Assembly: GCA_038999435.1 (NCBI GenBank)
Contig: JAVZYR010000001.1
Coordinates: 18,944-82,943, forward strand
Source of the DNA: Candidatus Aenigmatarchaeota archaeon
Lineage (GTDB): Archaea > Aenigmatarchaeota > Aenigmatarchaeia > QMZP01
Reading direction: 5' to 3'
Length of the DNA stretch: 64,000 nucleotides
This document shows positions 39,643-49,227 of this stretch, in pieces. Under the pieces are notes generated by a model. It was given only the letters and a program-made list of their open reading frames with translations. It was not told where the DNA came from and did no database searches. The translations under genes and the position numbers were made by a program. Every line of letters begins with the position of its first letter. Within the stretch, counting starts at the first letter, position 1.

Positions 39643-40248
39643 TTAAATTTTATTTTTTCGAATATAAGAGAGGATTGCTGGAAGCTCTGATACATTGTTT
39701 ATACTGAAATCAGCATCTATTCCAACACCAACCACAATACAACCTGCTCTATGACCTGCATCCACATCTGCTTTTGTATCACCAACCAACAATGCCTCTT
39801 TTGGTTTTATACCTAATGCTTTGCATGCTTTAGTTATTGCTTCAGGGTTTGGTTTACCATCATTCACATCATCTCCGGTTATGATTGCATCAAACTTCCA
39901 TTTTGTCATTTTCACAATCTCCATAACCTCATTTTTAGGAGAGTTCGTCACAAGGGCAATTCTAAACATTTTGCTAATTTTTTCCAAAACAGGTCCCGAT
40001 GCCTTTAAAATTTTTATTTTATCCAAATAACCAAAATGTTTTTCATTGCAGTATTTTACTGCATCATTACCAAGCCCAAACTTTTTGAGATTAGATTTCA
40101 CATCATATCCCCAAAAGTTTTTTCTAAAATTTTCCTTGCTAATTTTTTCAAGTCCATATTTTTCAAGCGTTGCATTTATTGCTTCAAACCAGCTTTCAAA
40201 TGAATCAATCAATACACCATCAAGGTCAAAAAGCACGGCCTTTATCAT
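39643..40248 (-). CDS. HAD-superfamily hydrolase
   Basis: FDLDGVL, VTNS, KPNP, VGD...D; start set at MIKAVLFD. Confidence 0.92.
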   Translation of the reverse strand: MIKAVLFDLDGVLIDSFESWFEAINATLEKYGLEKISKENFRKNFWGYDVKSNLKKFGLGNDAVKYCNEKHFGYLDKIKILKASGPVLEKISKMFRIALVTNSPKNEVMEIVKMTKWKFDAIITGDDVNDGKPNPEAITKACKALGIKPKEALLVGDTKADVDAGHRAGCIVVGVGIDADFSINNVSELPAILSYIRKNKI

Positions 40249-40274
40249 TTTAATTTTTGTTTTATAATTAAGAT

Positions 40275-41015
40275 ATGATTGAATTCGTAATAGCATTTTT
40301 AGCCTATCTCGTTGCAGGTCTTTTGGATTTGAAAACAACAGAATTTCCAAATTGGATACCATATTCTCTCATTGCATCCATACTTGCTATAAACATCATC
40401 CGTTCATTTTCAATCCCTGATATATCAATTTTCATTGGCTCACTTACATTCGGTATGATTTTTCTTGCAGCAGGTTTATTGCTTTATGCAGCAAGGGCAT
40501 GGGGTGATGGTGATGCTTGGCTTTTTGGTTCGTTGGGGTTCATTTTTTATTTTTCTCCTCTAAAAATCCTCATTGTTTTCTCGATAACTGCACTAATATA
40601 CACAATTTTGTACTCTTTCTATATTGGCCTTCGCAATGATAAAGTCTTGAAGGCATTTAAAAAAGAAATCAGAACAAAGAGAAATGTTTTATGCATCATT
40701 TTTTCGGTATTTACACTTTTTTCTATTTTTACATACAATCTTTTAAAACAGCCAATTATTATTTTCTTACCTCTTTTCATCCTTTTTATCTTATTTTATA
40801 TACCTTTTGCATTACATGTTGAAAGAATATGTTTTAGAAAAAGAATACATGTTTCAGAGCTAACCATGAATCATATTCCCATAAAAAGTCTGTTAAGAAA
40901 TATGAAACCTGAGGAACTCGAGAGATTGAAAAAAAGGAATGGGTACATATGGGTTAAAGAAGGTATCAGATTTAGTCCGGTCTTTTTTTTGACACTACTC
41001 TTTACATTGGTTTAA
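40275..41015 (+). CDS. A24 prepilin/prearchaellin peptidase
   Basis: DLK..E.P and WGDGD aspartate motifs; multi-TM; IRFSP. Confidence 0.85.
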   Translation: MIEFVIAFLAYLVAGLLDLKTTEFPNWIPYSLIASILAINIIRSFSIPDISIFIGSLTFGMIFLAAGLLLYAARAWGDGDAWLFGSLGFIFYFSPLKILIVFSITALIYTILYSFYIGLRNDKVLKAFKKEIRTKRNVLCIIFSVFTLFSIFTYNLLKQPIIIFLPLFILFILFYIPFALHVERICFRKRIHVSELTMNHIPIKSLLRNMKPEELERLKKRNGYIWVKEGIRFSPVFFLTLLFTLV

Positions 41016-41038
41016 AAATAAAAAGAAGGGCAAGAAGT

Positions 41039-41335
41039 TTATATCTTTTTGACTCTTTCTATGCCAACCTTTGACACAATTGGCTTTTTGACTTTTGCAG
41101 GAAGCCATGATGGTCTGTTTTCAGGTGCTGGCACAACCTTCACAGAACCCTTGAAGACGTGTATAGTGTATGTTTTGTCTTTATTCCTTCTTCCTCTTTC
41201 CCTTAGCCTTATGTCCTTGTAGCCTCTTGTTGCTGCTTTAAGTGCTGCCTGTCGAGGTGATCTGCCGGTAAAAATAGCCACTTTCTTGCCCGTTTTCATT
41301 ATATAATACTTTTTAGCTTTCTTTGCTTTTGCCAT
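41039..41335 (-). CDS. Chromosomal protein MC1
   Basis: FTGRSPRQAALKAATRG, IRLRERG, HVFKG, PSWLP. Confidence 0.9.
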   Translation of the reverse strand: MAKAKKAKKYYIMKTGKKVAIFTGRSPRQAALKAATRGYKDIRLRERGRRNKDKTYTIHVFKGSVKVVPAPENRPSWLPAKVKKPIVSKVGIERVKKI

Positions 41336-41411
41336 GTATCCACCTCTTTTTGATTTTTGTCAAAAGGATTTATAAATCTTTCTTTAAATAGGTTCTTAGA
41401 ATGCTCAGATA

Positions 41412-42029
41412 CTATCTTGTCTTACTCATGAGAGGGCTATTTAAATGATCTGTATTATTTATAAGCTCGATCTGTGATGTCCCATCTTTATTTATTTTAA
41501 TAATATTCAGAGCTGTTTTGTCCTGTTCTAATTTTCTATATTCATTTCTAGGTAATTTGGTTAAATAAAACAATAATTCCATAATTACTGCACCATGAGT
41601 TACGATCAAGACTGTTTTATCAGAATATTTTTTAGCAATTTTTTTAAAAAAATTCACAACTCTTTTTTGTACTTCAAGACAACTTTCTCCATCTTTTGGT
41701 TTATATTTATGAAACTCTATATTGCTTTTCTTTACAGCATCAAATAATTTCTCTTTGGGTTTGCCTTGAAAAATTCCGAAATTTCTTTCCCTTAATTCTC
41801 TTTTAAACTCTATTTTCACATGATGATATTTGTTAATTATTTCTGCAGTTTCCTTTGCTCTTTTCAAATCACTTGAAAAAATTATATCTATATTAATATT
41901 TTTCAATCGTTTAGCAATTTTTTCTGCTTGTAAAATACCATTTTGATTTAAGCTTTCATCTATCCATCCAAGAAAAATTCCTTTATTATTATAGTCTGTT
42001 TCAGCGTGTCTAACCAATAATAACCTCAT
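41412..42029 (-). CDS. Histidine phosphatase (phosphoglycerate mutase family)
   Basis: RHAET, SSDLKRA, ERNFG, VTHG. Confidence 0.92.
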   Translation of the reverse strand: MRLLLVRHAETDYNNKGIFLGWIDESLNQNGILQAEKIAKRLKNINIDIIFSSDLKRAKETAEIINKYHHVKIEFKRELRERNFGIFQGKPKEKLFDAVKKSNIEFHKYKPKDGESCLEVQKRVVNFFKKIAKKYSDKTVLIVTHGAVIMELLFYLTKLPRNEYRKLEQDKTALNIIKINKDGTSQIELINNTDHLNSPLMSKTR

Positions 42030-42146
42030 ATTATTAATTCCACATATTTTCTCATTCTATAACCTTCAGCTATTCTATTCAATTTTTGCATCTACTTTCT
42101 GAGTATCTTACATCTGACTTTTCCAAGTTTTGGCCATCAAGACCCA

Positions 42147-43286
42147 TCATTTTTTTAGTTTATATTTCCTTTTTCTGAAAAACCAATATCCAAGCCCAGC
42201 TAATAAAAACATCCCTATGATTACAAACAACCCTTGGTTTTCCTTCTTCTCAAAATTCAACACAATATCCTTTGATTCATGAACATCCTCAAGCTCAGGT
42301 CCTATGTATGTCAGATTAAGATGACCACTTCCTTGTAAAATAAGTGGGTAAGAAAAGGTCACTTTTTTATTTGGTTTAAGAGAGCTTGTGTAATCTATGC
42401 CTATGACTTTTCCATCAATTATTAGTTCTGCTGTTATTGCTTTTGCTTCAGCAGTACCTTTATTTGCAACTTCTATATCTAATTTCTGCCTTTCGAGGTT
42501 TGGTTTTATGTCAATTATCATAAGTGACACAGAACCCTTAATTGGAATACCAATCGAAAAGGAATTTGTCCAACCCTGCCCTGATTCATCAACATAGAAC
42601 ACAGTTAGGTTTGACAAATATGTTTTGTATTCTGCTTCAGGGCTCACAGAAAGATTTATTTCAGCTATTTTGCTTTGACCTGGTTTTAGCTCATCCAAAT
42701 ATTTTGAGACCGAAAATATCGGCGTGATTTCAGACACTGATATAAAATTTGTCCTTATCTGTCTTGCGTCTCCAGTCCCAACATTGCTTAAATTTATTTT
42801 CATTGTTATTTGCCCACCAGGTTCTGCAACCCCTTCCATATCCACATCCTGAATAACAAGTTCTGGTTTACCTTGCACAGCAACAAAGACCTTATACAAA
42901 ACCCATATCTTTGGATCATTTCTATACACTTTAAATCCTATCTCGTAATCTCCGCTTACAGCTTTTGAATCAACTATCAATTTCCAACTTGCCTTTACAG
43001 AGCTTCTTGGAGAAATCTTGGAAAATGTCTTTACTTTCTCCTCTCCAGGTAAAACTTTGAATGGGAGATTTTCTATTATTTCAATGCTATAATTTTCTGC
43101 TGCTTCAAAACCATTATTTTGTACCTCAATCTCTATGCTAAGGTTTTGACCAGGCTGAACAGGGTATGGTAGTTGTTTTGTTAAGATTATATTTAGGGAT
43201 GATGCTTCAAAATACTCTGCTTTAGCAACTGTAAACATAGCAATGAAAATAAGCATCCCAATGCAAATATAACCATTTATTTTCAT
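42147..43286 (-). CDS. COG1361-type multi-Ig/CARDB membrane-anchored protein associated with the ABC transporter
   Basis: Signal peptide, repeated V.N.G motifs, C-terminal TM plus basic tail. Confidence 0.75.
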   Translation of the reverse strand: MKINGYICIGMLIFIAMFTVAKAEYFEASSLNIILTKQLPYPVQPGQNLSIEIEVQNNGFEAAENYSIEIIENLPFKVLPGEEKVKTFSKISPRSSVKASWKLIVDSKAVSGDYEIGFKVYRNDPKIWVLYKVFVAVQGKPELVIQDVDMEGVAEPGGQITMKINLSNVGTGDARQIRTNFISVSEITPIFSVSKYLDELKPGQSKIAEINLSVSPEAEYKTYLSNLTVFYVDESGQGWTNSFSIGIPIKGSVSLMIIDIKPNLERQKLDIEVANKGTAEAKAITAELIIDGKVIGIDYTSSLKPNKKVTFSYPLILQGSGHLNLTYIGPELEDVHESKDIVLNFEKKENQGLFVIIGMFLLAGLGYWFFRKRKYKLKK

Positions 43287-44011
43287 TTTATCACCTTATC
43301 GAGCTTTACAATCTTGTGGTCCTTCTTTACTATTTCTTTTATTATCGTTCCATCCTTTAAATATACAACCCTATTTGCATATCTTGTGATTTCAGGGTCA
43401 TGTGTGACGACTACAAAAGTATAGCCCTTTTCTATGTTTAGCCATTCAAGCAAGGTCAAGATCTGTTTTCCTGTTTTTGTATCAAGATTTCCTGTCGGCT
43501 CATCAGCAAGTATGATTTTTGGCTGGTTCGCAAGGGCCCGGGCAATAGCAACCCTTTGCTGCTCACCACCTGAGAGAAGACCTGACATGTGATTCATTCT
43601 ATGACCAAGTCCGACCATGTCAAGCAGCTTTTTAGCTTCTTCGATTGCCATCTTTTTGCTTTTTCCTGCAATCCTTAAAGCAAGCTCAACATTTTCAACA
43701 GGCGTAAATGTTCTAATGAGATTGTATTCCTGAAAAACGAAGCCTAATTTTTCTTTTCTTATTTTTGCCAGTTGATCATCATCAAGCTTTGATACATCTT
43801 TGCCATCTATCCACACACAGCCTTCATCCGGTTTTAGAAGACAACCAATGATATCAAGCAGTGTTGTTTTTCCTGAACCAGAAGGCCCGACTATCGTTAT
43901 AAAGTCACCTCTCATCACAGTAAGATTTATACCTTTTAATACCCTAACCTCATTTGGCATGCCTTTATTGTATGTTTTTTTCACACCCTTTAGCTCTATT
44001 ATTTTATTCAT
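43283..44011 (-). CDS. ABC ATP-binding protein (LolD/MacB type)
   Basis: GPSGSGKT, LSGGEQQR, ADEPTGNLD, VTHD. Confidence 0.95.
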   Translation of the reverse strand: MNKIIELKGVKKTYNKGMPNEVRVLKGINLTVMRGDFITIVGPSGSGKTTLLDIIGCLLKPDEGCVWIDGKDVSKLDDDQLAKIRKEKLGFVFQEYNLIRTFTPVENVELALRIAGKSKKMAIEEAKKLLDMVGLGHRMNHMSGLLSGGEQQRVAIARALANQPKIILADEPTGNLDTKTGKQILTLLEWLNIEKGYTFVVVTHDPEITRYANRVVYLKDGTIIKEIVKKDHKIVKLDKVIK

Positions 44012-45131
44012 ATCTCAATGCTGCCACAGGATCGAGTTTTGAAGCGCGCCACGCAGGCCATGCACCTCCAATTAAACCTAAAAACAGGGCAAACACAAAA
44101 CTGAATACAGCAAGTCCTGGGGTCACAACAGGTCTTATCATAAAACCAGAATAAAATGATATGATTTCAGATGCAAAAAAGCCGAATGCTATTCCTGCAA
44201 TCCCACCTATTGCAGATAGCATGATTGCTTCAAGCATAAATTGAATTAAAACCCTTTTATTTGTCGCGCCTATTGCCTTCAACACACCAATTTCTCTTCT
44301 TCTTTCCATCACTGTCATTACCATCGTATTCATAACACCAAGACCACCCACAACTGCTGCTATTGCACCTATACCTAATGTGAAGAACCTTATCTGGCTT
44401 ATCATCTGTTCTGCTTGTCTTGCTGTCTCTTTAGGTGTTATTACATCAACATTTTCTATTGTATTTTTTATCTCATCTGCTAACAACTCCACTTTTCCTA
44501 TATCTTCAGGTATGGCATAAATCATCTGAAATGTATCTACTTTTAAGATTTCCTGAAGATCGGAAAGCGGGATTATTATTGCATTGTCTATGTCCATTAT
44601 ATGTGTCTTTTCAAGTATACCTACAATCTCAAATGATTGGCCAGCTATCTCAAAATTATCACCTACTTCTAAACCAAAAAGGTCTGCTGTATCCTTTCCT
44701 GCTAATGCTACCTGATAATCTCCAGATTCAATCTGTCTTCCGTCGTACAGTTCTATCCTTTCACCCTTGAAATATTCGATCTTCTCAGGATCTATACCAA
44801 TTGCCCACCATTGTGGTATTCCTAAACCCATACCTCTTTCAAAATAAACCATAACAGGTACAGCGTCTTTTATTCCACTAAATGTCTTAATAGACTCTAA
44901 CTCTGTTTCTGTTAGTTTGCTTGACAATGAAGTAAAAATACCACTTGCACCCGATTCAACTATTATCAGCTTCCCACTTGTAAGTTCAAGATTCCTTTGC
45001 ACAGTTACATTCAGTCCATCTGCAATTGCTCCAAGTGCAACGATTGCAGCAATCCCGATTAATATACCTAAAGCAGTTAAAAATGATCTTGTCCGCACTC
45101 GGGTTATGTTTTTCAATGCAATATCAAGCAT
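44004..45131 (-). CDS. ABC permease (FtsX/MacB type)
   Basis: LT.LGI.IG, ERRREIG, PA.RA.KLDPV.ALR. Confidence 0.93.
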   Translation of the reverse strand: MLDIALKNITRVRTRSFLTALGILIGIAAIVALGAIADGLNVTVQRNLELTSGKLIIVESGASGIFTSLSSKLTETELESIKTFSGIKDAVPVMVYFERGMGLGIPQWWAIGIDPEKIEYFKGERIELYDGRQIESGDYQVALAGKDTADLFGLEVGDNFEIAGQSFEIVGILEKTHIMDIDNAIIIPLSDLQEILKVDTFQMIYAIPEDIGKVELLADEIKNTIENVDVITPKETARQAEQMISQIRFFTLGIGAIAAVVGGLGVMNTMVMTVMERRREIGVLKAIGATNKRVLIQFMLEAIMLSAIGGIAGIAFGFFASEIISFYSGFMIRPVVTPGLAVFSFVFALFLGLIGGAWPAWRASKLDPVAALRYE

Positions 45132-45162
45132 ATTATAAATACCATTTCAATATAAAATTGCT

Positions 45163-45606
45163 ATGCACAAAACAGTAGCAATACTTATAGAAAAAAACGG
45201 AAAAGTACTTTTGGCAAAAAGGGCAAACAAGACATGGCATGGCTTTTGGTGTGTGCCTGGTGGTCATGTTGAGGAAGGAGAAAGTATACATGAGGCTGCA
45301 TTGAGAGAGGCACAGGAAGAAGTTGGCAGTGTTATAATTGAACCAAAGCCATTTATGATTTTTGTGCATAGTTTGCCTGCTGGCGAGCGTAGAAATCCAG
45401 GTCCACACAAACACACATGTCATGTTTTTAAGGGTGTTGTTGAAAAAGTTAGAGCAGGTGGAGATGTTGCTGAAGTAAAATGGTTTAAAATACAACAAAT
45501 AAAAAAGTTAAAACTGACCTCATACACTAAAAAAATTTTAAATATACTTCAGCAAAGACAAAAATATTTAAATACTAAAATCCCTTTAATTAAACAATTA
45601 AAATAG
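45163..45606 (+). CDS. NUDIX hydrolase
   Basis: PGGHVEEGE...ALREAQEEVG. Confidence 0.9.
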   Translation: MHKTVAILIEKNGKVLLAKRANKTWHGFWCVPGGHVEEGESIHEAALREAQEEVGSVIIEPKPFMIFVHSLPAGERRNPGPHKHTCHVFKGVVEKVRAGGDVAEVKWFKIQQIKKLKLTSYTKKILNILQQRQKYLNTKIPLIKQLK

Positions 45607-45615
45607 GAGGATGAA

Positions 45616-45672
45616 ATGATTTGGTTCGACGACGAAGAGGAATGGGAAGAAGAGGAAGAAGAGGAGTGGTAA
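45616..45672 (+). CDS. Acidic 18-aa micropeptide MIWFDDEEEWEEEEEEEW
   Basis: AGGAGG SD at 45605-45610; TATTTAAA box about 45 nt upstream; T-run after the stop. Confidence 0.6.
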   Translation: MIWFDDEEEWEEEEEEEW

Positions 45673-45681
45673 ACAAATTTT

Positions 45682-46062
45682 TTATTTTATAATTTTTCTG
45701 CTCGAATAGTTTCCATACTTTCTAATTCTAACAATTCTAACATTTTTTAATTTTTTTAGCCCAGGCCCTATTTTTTGGTCATATCCAATAGCTATAATAT
45801 CAGGTTTGAATTTTTTTACAAATTTTTCTTCATTTTTTGGCCAAGCACCTATCACAACCTTATCAACAAATTTCAATGAGCTTAAAAGCCTTTTGCGTTC
45901 TGAAGCAGGAGAAAAAAGCTTTCCATTTTTTCTTGCTGTTTTGTCATTTGCAAGCACAACAATAAGTTCATCACCAAGCATTTTTGCCTTTTTAAGGAAA
46001 AATATATGTCCAGGATGCAACACATTGAATGTTCCACCTACAAGAACCCTTTTCTTTTTCAT
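45682..46062 (-). CDS. ribL: FAD synthase / cytidylyltransferase-like protein
   Basis: GGTFNVLHPGH, PDII.IGYDQ, SS..I. Confidence 0.75.
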   Translation of the reverse strand: MKKKRVLVGGTFNVLHPGHIFFLKKAKMLGDELIVVLANDKTARKNGKLFSPASERKRLLSSLKFVDKVVIGAWPKNEEKFVKKFKPDIIAIGYDQKIGPGLKKLKNVRIVRIRKYGNYSSRKIIK

Positions 46063-46424
46063 TCCTGTCTTATTATTATCTGTGGCTTTCCACCAACTGT
46101 TCCATTGTTTTCAATAATAATTCGATGATATCCTCTTTCAAGCAATAAAAATCCTTCTATGTCGATGTTGTCATAATGGGCCAAGAGTTTTAAAGGATGC
46201 GTAACACCAAGACCAAATGCAAAAGAGGGGCTTATGTAGCGCAAAAATTTCCCTGCTGTTATCAAAGGCATTCTATTGGCTATTGTCTGCTGATCGCCTT
46301 TGCTAAAGATGAGAAATGCCCTCGCACCTTCAATACCTTGGCTCAATTTAAATATAAATTCAGGTTCTGCATCTGCAATTGGCAAAAAAACAAGCATCGC
46401 TACAATTACATAAACCCATTTCAT
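46059..46424 (-). CDS. Hypothetical exported protein
   Basis: Signal-peptide-like N-terminus ending ADA; coupled to the next gene. Confidence 0.55.
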   Translation of the reverse strand: MKWVYVIVAMLVFLPIADAEPEFIFKLSQGIEGARAFLIFSKGDQQTIANRMPLITAGKFLRYISPSFAFGLGVTHPLKLLAHYDNIDIEGFLLLERGYHRIIIENNGTVGGKPQIIIRQE

Positions 46425-46508
46425 ATTAAATTTAGGTTTATCTTCCTTAAAACCATAAAGCTTTTAAATACCCTGTTCTAAATAGCATTATAAAGCTAAG
46501 GAGTTGTT

Positions 46509-47783
46509 ATGGCAGAAAAGCCTCACATTAACATTATAACATCAGGACATGTAGACCATGGCAAATCAACATTAATCGGAAGATTACTTTTTGATTCAGG
46601 TGCTATTTCTGAGCAAGAATTGAGAAAGCTTAAAGAGATTGCAAAAGAGGTTAAGAAGGAAACATTCGAGTTTGCCTTCGTGATGGACCAACTGAAAGAG
46701 GAGAGGCTTAGAGGTCTTACAATAGACCTGATGTACAGGTCATTCACAACCGACAAATATTATTTCACACTCATTGATTGTCCAGGTCATAGGGATTTTG
46801 TCAAGAATATGATTACAGGCGCATCGCAGGCAGATGCTGCAATACTCGTTGTATCTGCAAAAGATGGGATACAAGAGCAAACAAGGGAGCATGTATATCT
46901 CTGCAAGGTTCTTGGTATAAAGCAGATTGTATGTGTAATAAACAAGATGGATGCAGTAAATTACGATGAGAAAAAATTCAATGAAGTCAAAGCAGATGTA
47001 TCAAAGCTTTTGCAAGGAGTTGGTTATGATGTTTCTAAGATACCATTCGTGCCTGTCTCTGCATATGTTGGAGATAATGTTGTAAAGAAATCAGATAAGA
47101 TGCCATGGTATAAGGGTCCTGTTTTCATAAAGGCATTGGATGAAGCAATCGTTCCGCCTGAAAAGCCAGTAGACAAGCCATTGAGAATCCCAATACAAGA
47201 TGTCTATTCAATAACAGGCGTTGGTACAGTGCCTGTTGGTCGGGTTGAATCAGGTGTACTAAAACCAGGAGATAAGGTCATATTTATGCCTTCTGGAGCA
47301 ACAGGGGAAGTGAAATCCATAGAGATGCATCACAAAGCGCTTGAAAAGGCATTGCCAGGTGATAATATAGGATTTAATGTTAGAGGCGTTGGAAAGACAG
47401 ATATAAAGAAAGGTGATGTAGCAGGAAAACCAGAGAATCCACCAACAGTTGCAAAAGAATTTACAGCTCAAATAATTGTTCTTCAACACCCAACTGTCAT
47501 AACACGTGGTTATACACCAGTATTTCATGTTCACACAACACATGTTGCAGGTAAGATTGTTGACATACTTAAGAAAATGGACCCAAAAACAGGTGCTGTT
47601 GTTGAAGAAAAGCCAGAAATGCTCAAACCAGGTGATGCAGCAATTATAAAAGTCGAGCCATTACAGCCAATTGCAATAGAGAAACAAGCAGATTTCCCAG
47701 GTCTTGCAAAATTTGCAGTTAGGGATATGGGCAAGACGATTGCAGCAGGTATTTGTATTGATTTGGTTCCGCTGAAAAAGTAA
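46509..47783 (+). CDS. tuf: Translation elongation factor aEF-1alpha
   Basis: [26 protein letters not shown]. Confidence 0.98.
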   Translation: MAEKPHINIITSGHVDHGKSTLIGRLLFDSGAISEQELRKLKEIAKEVKKETFEFAFVMDQLKEERLRGLTIDLMYRSFTTDKYYFTLIDCPGHRDFVKNMITGASQADAAILVVSAKDGIQEQTREHVYLCKVLGIKQIVCVINKMDAVNYDEKKFNEVKADVSKLLQGVGYDVSKIPFVPVSAYVGDNVVKKSDKMPWYKGPVFIKALDEAIVPPEKPVDKPLRIPIQDVYSITGVGTVPVGRVESGVLKPGDKVIFMPSGATGEVKSIEMHHKALEKALPGDNIGFNVRGVGKTDIKKGDVAGKPENPPTVAKEFTAQIIVLQHPTVITRGYTPVFHVHTTHVAGKIVDILKKMDPKTGAVVEEKPEMLKPGDAAIIKVEPLQPIAIEKQADFPGLAKFAVRDMGKTIAAGICIDLVPLKK

Positions 47784-47816
47784 ATTCTAATTTTCTGAAA
47801 GTTTAATTTATTTTTA

Positions 47817-47948
47817 CGCCGGGGCTGGGATTTTCTTTGCACGAAGCGGTAGCTCTAAAGAGCGGTGATTCGAACCCAGACGGGGCAGAGCCCCACCAGC
47901 TTACTGAACTTCTCCAGGCTGGCCCTTTTACCATTCAGGCACCCCGGC
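47817..47948 (-). tRNA. tRNA-Ser(GGA) with two introns (10 nt at 37/38: 47902-47911; 38 nt at ~59/60: 47831-47868)
   Basis: GCCGGGG/CCCCGGC acceptor stem, G73, CCAGC/GCTGG anticodon stem, long variable arm GGGGC-TCT-GCCCC, CTGGG-TTCGAAT-CCCAG after intron removal; 84-nt mature body. Confidence 0.88.
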
Positions 47949-47995
47949 TATATAATTAAATTTAAGCAAATAGGTTTATTTTTCTACTCTTTTTC

Positions 47996-48142
47996 CTATC
48001 TTCTCATTTTTGCAGCACAGCGTGCACAAAGCCCAACTTCAGGCCTGTAACAACCTTGACAAACAACTGCACCACAAAAGTTGCATGTATATGGCATTCT
48101 AACAACTGCACCACATATGCTGCATACAGCTGACTTTTGCAT
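47996..48142 (-). CDS. Small Cys-rich zinc-finger protein (48 aa)
   Basis: Four CxxC motifs: CSIC, CNFC, CQGC, CARC. Confidence 0.75.
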   Translation of the reverse strand: MQKSAVCSICGAVVRMPYTCNFCGAVVCQGCYRPEVGLCARCAAKMRR

Positions 48143-48168
48143 TAATAATAATTGGATTAAATATAAAA

Positions 48169-49158
48169 ATGAAGAATTTGATACTGTGCCATGCCGATGC
48201 TGATGGCATGTGTTCTGGTGCAATTGCTCTTTCAAAATTCCCAGGTTCTGAGATATTTTTCACAAAGCCGGTATCTCTGCTTGCTGATTTAAAAGATGTA
48301 CGGGCTGATAGGATTATAATAACAGACATTGCTATCACAAAACGCGATGCTCCAGCCATACTTAACATGTTACGAGAAAAAGCAAAGAGCAGTGAAATAT
48401 GGTATTTTGACCACCACCCATTACCATCTAACATAAATGAAGGTGATATTGCAAAGGTGGTAAAATGGTATCATAGGCTTGATGTTTCTTCATCTGAGAT
48501 TATATATGAAAATTTTAAAACAGAAATACCTCGGGAACGTGTCTGGGTAGCAATATATGGTGCTATTTCTGATTACGCAGAGTATACACCATTTATACAA
48601 AAGGTGCTGAAAAATTGGGAAAAAAGGGCGCTGTATTTCGAGGTCAGCACCCTTGTGCTCGGAACAAAAGTAGAGGAATTTTCAACATATGACATAAAAA
48701 GGGATATTGTTAAGTTGCTTGCAAGAGGGGGCAACCCATCTGATTTTTATGGTCTTGTAAATGCTGCAAAGGCTGCAGTAGGGCTTGAATTTGACCTGTA
48801 TAATGATGTTAAGGCACAAGCAAAGCAAAATGGGAATGTTGCATGGGTTGAAAATCTTCACACTTTTGGTTTTAGAGGCGCAGCAGCCCTTTTTTCAGCG
48901 ACTGTAAAAAATACGCCTGTAGGGCTTTGCGTACATAGCAGAAAGGGCCATCTTGACATAACAGTCCGAGCAAGGGATCCAAAAATAGACCTAAGAAGGA
49001 TTATTGAGGATTCTGCAGAAAAGATTGGAGGTTCTGGTGGTGGGCTTTCTGATGCAGCAGGCGCAAGGATAGCTGAAGGTAGGCTTGATGATTTTATAAA
49101 CCTAATAAATCAGCATCTTAAAACATATCGTGGAGAAATACCAATATTCGAAGGCTAA
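48169..49158 (+). CDS. DHH/DHHA1 phosphoesterase
   Basis: HADADG, TD, FDHH, GGG...AAG. Confidence 0.88.
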   Translation: MKNLILCHADADGMCSGAIALSKFPGSEIFFTKPVSLLADLKDVRADRIIITDIAITKRDAPAILNMLREKAKSSEIWYFDHHPLPSNINEGDIAKVVKWYHRLDVSSSEIIYENFKTEIPRERVWVAIYGAISDYAEYTPFIQKVLKNWEKRALYFEVSTLVLGTKVEEFSTYDIKRDIVKLLARGGNPSDFYGLVNAAKAAVGLEFDLYNDVKAQAKQNGNVAWVENLHTFGFRGAAALFSATVKNTPVGLCVHSRKGHLDITVRARDPKIDLRRIIEDSAEKIGGSGGGLSDAAGARIAEGRLDDFINLINQHLKTYRGEIPIFEG

Positions 49159-49227
49159 TGTCGAGATTTATTCATAGATTCGATATCAATAACCAAAAGT
49201 TTAAAAATCTTAATTTCATCTAAAATT

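Noticed and set aside
42030..42146. 117-nt gap with short minus-strand ORF fragments
   Set aside because: Only ORFs of about 20 codons, with no SD, motif or stable structure; cannot support a gene or RNA.
47865..48050. 61-aa ORF in the track
   Set aside because: Antisense to the tRNA-Ser gene.
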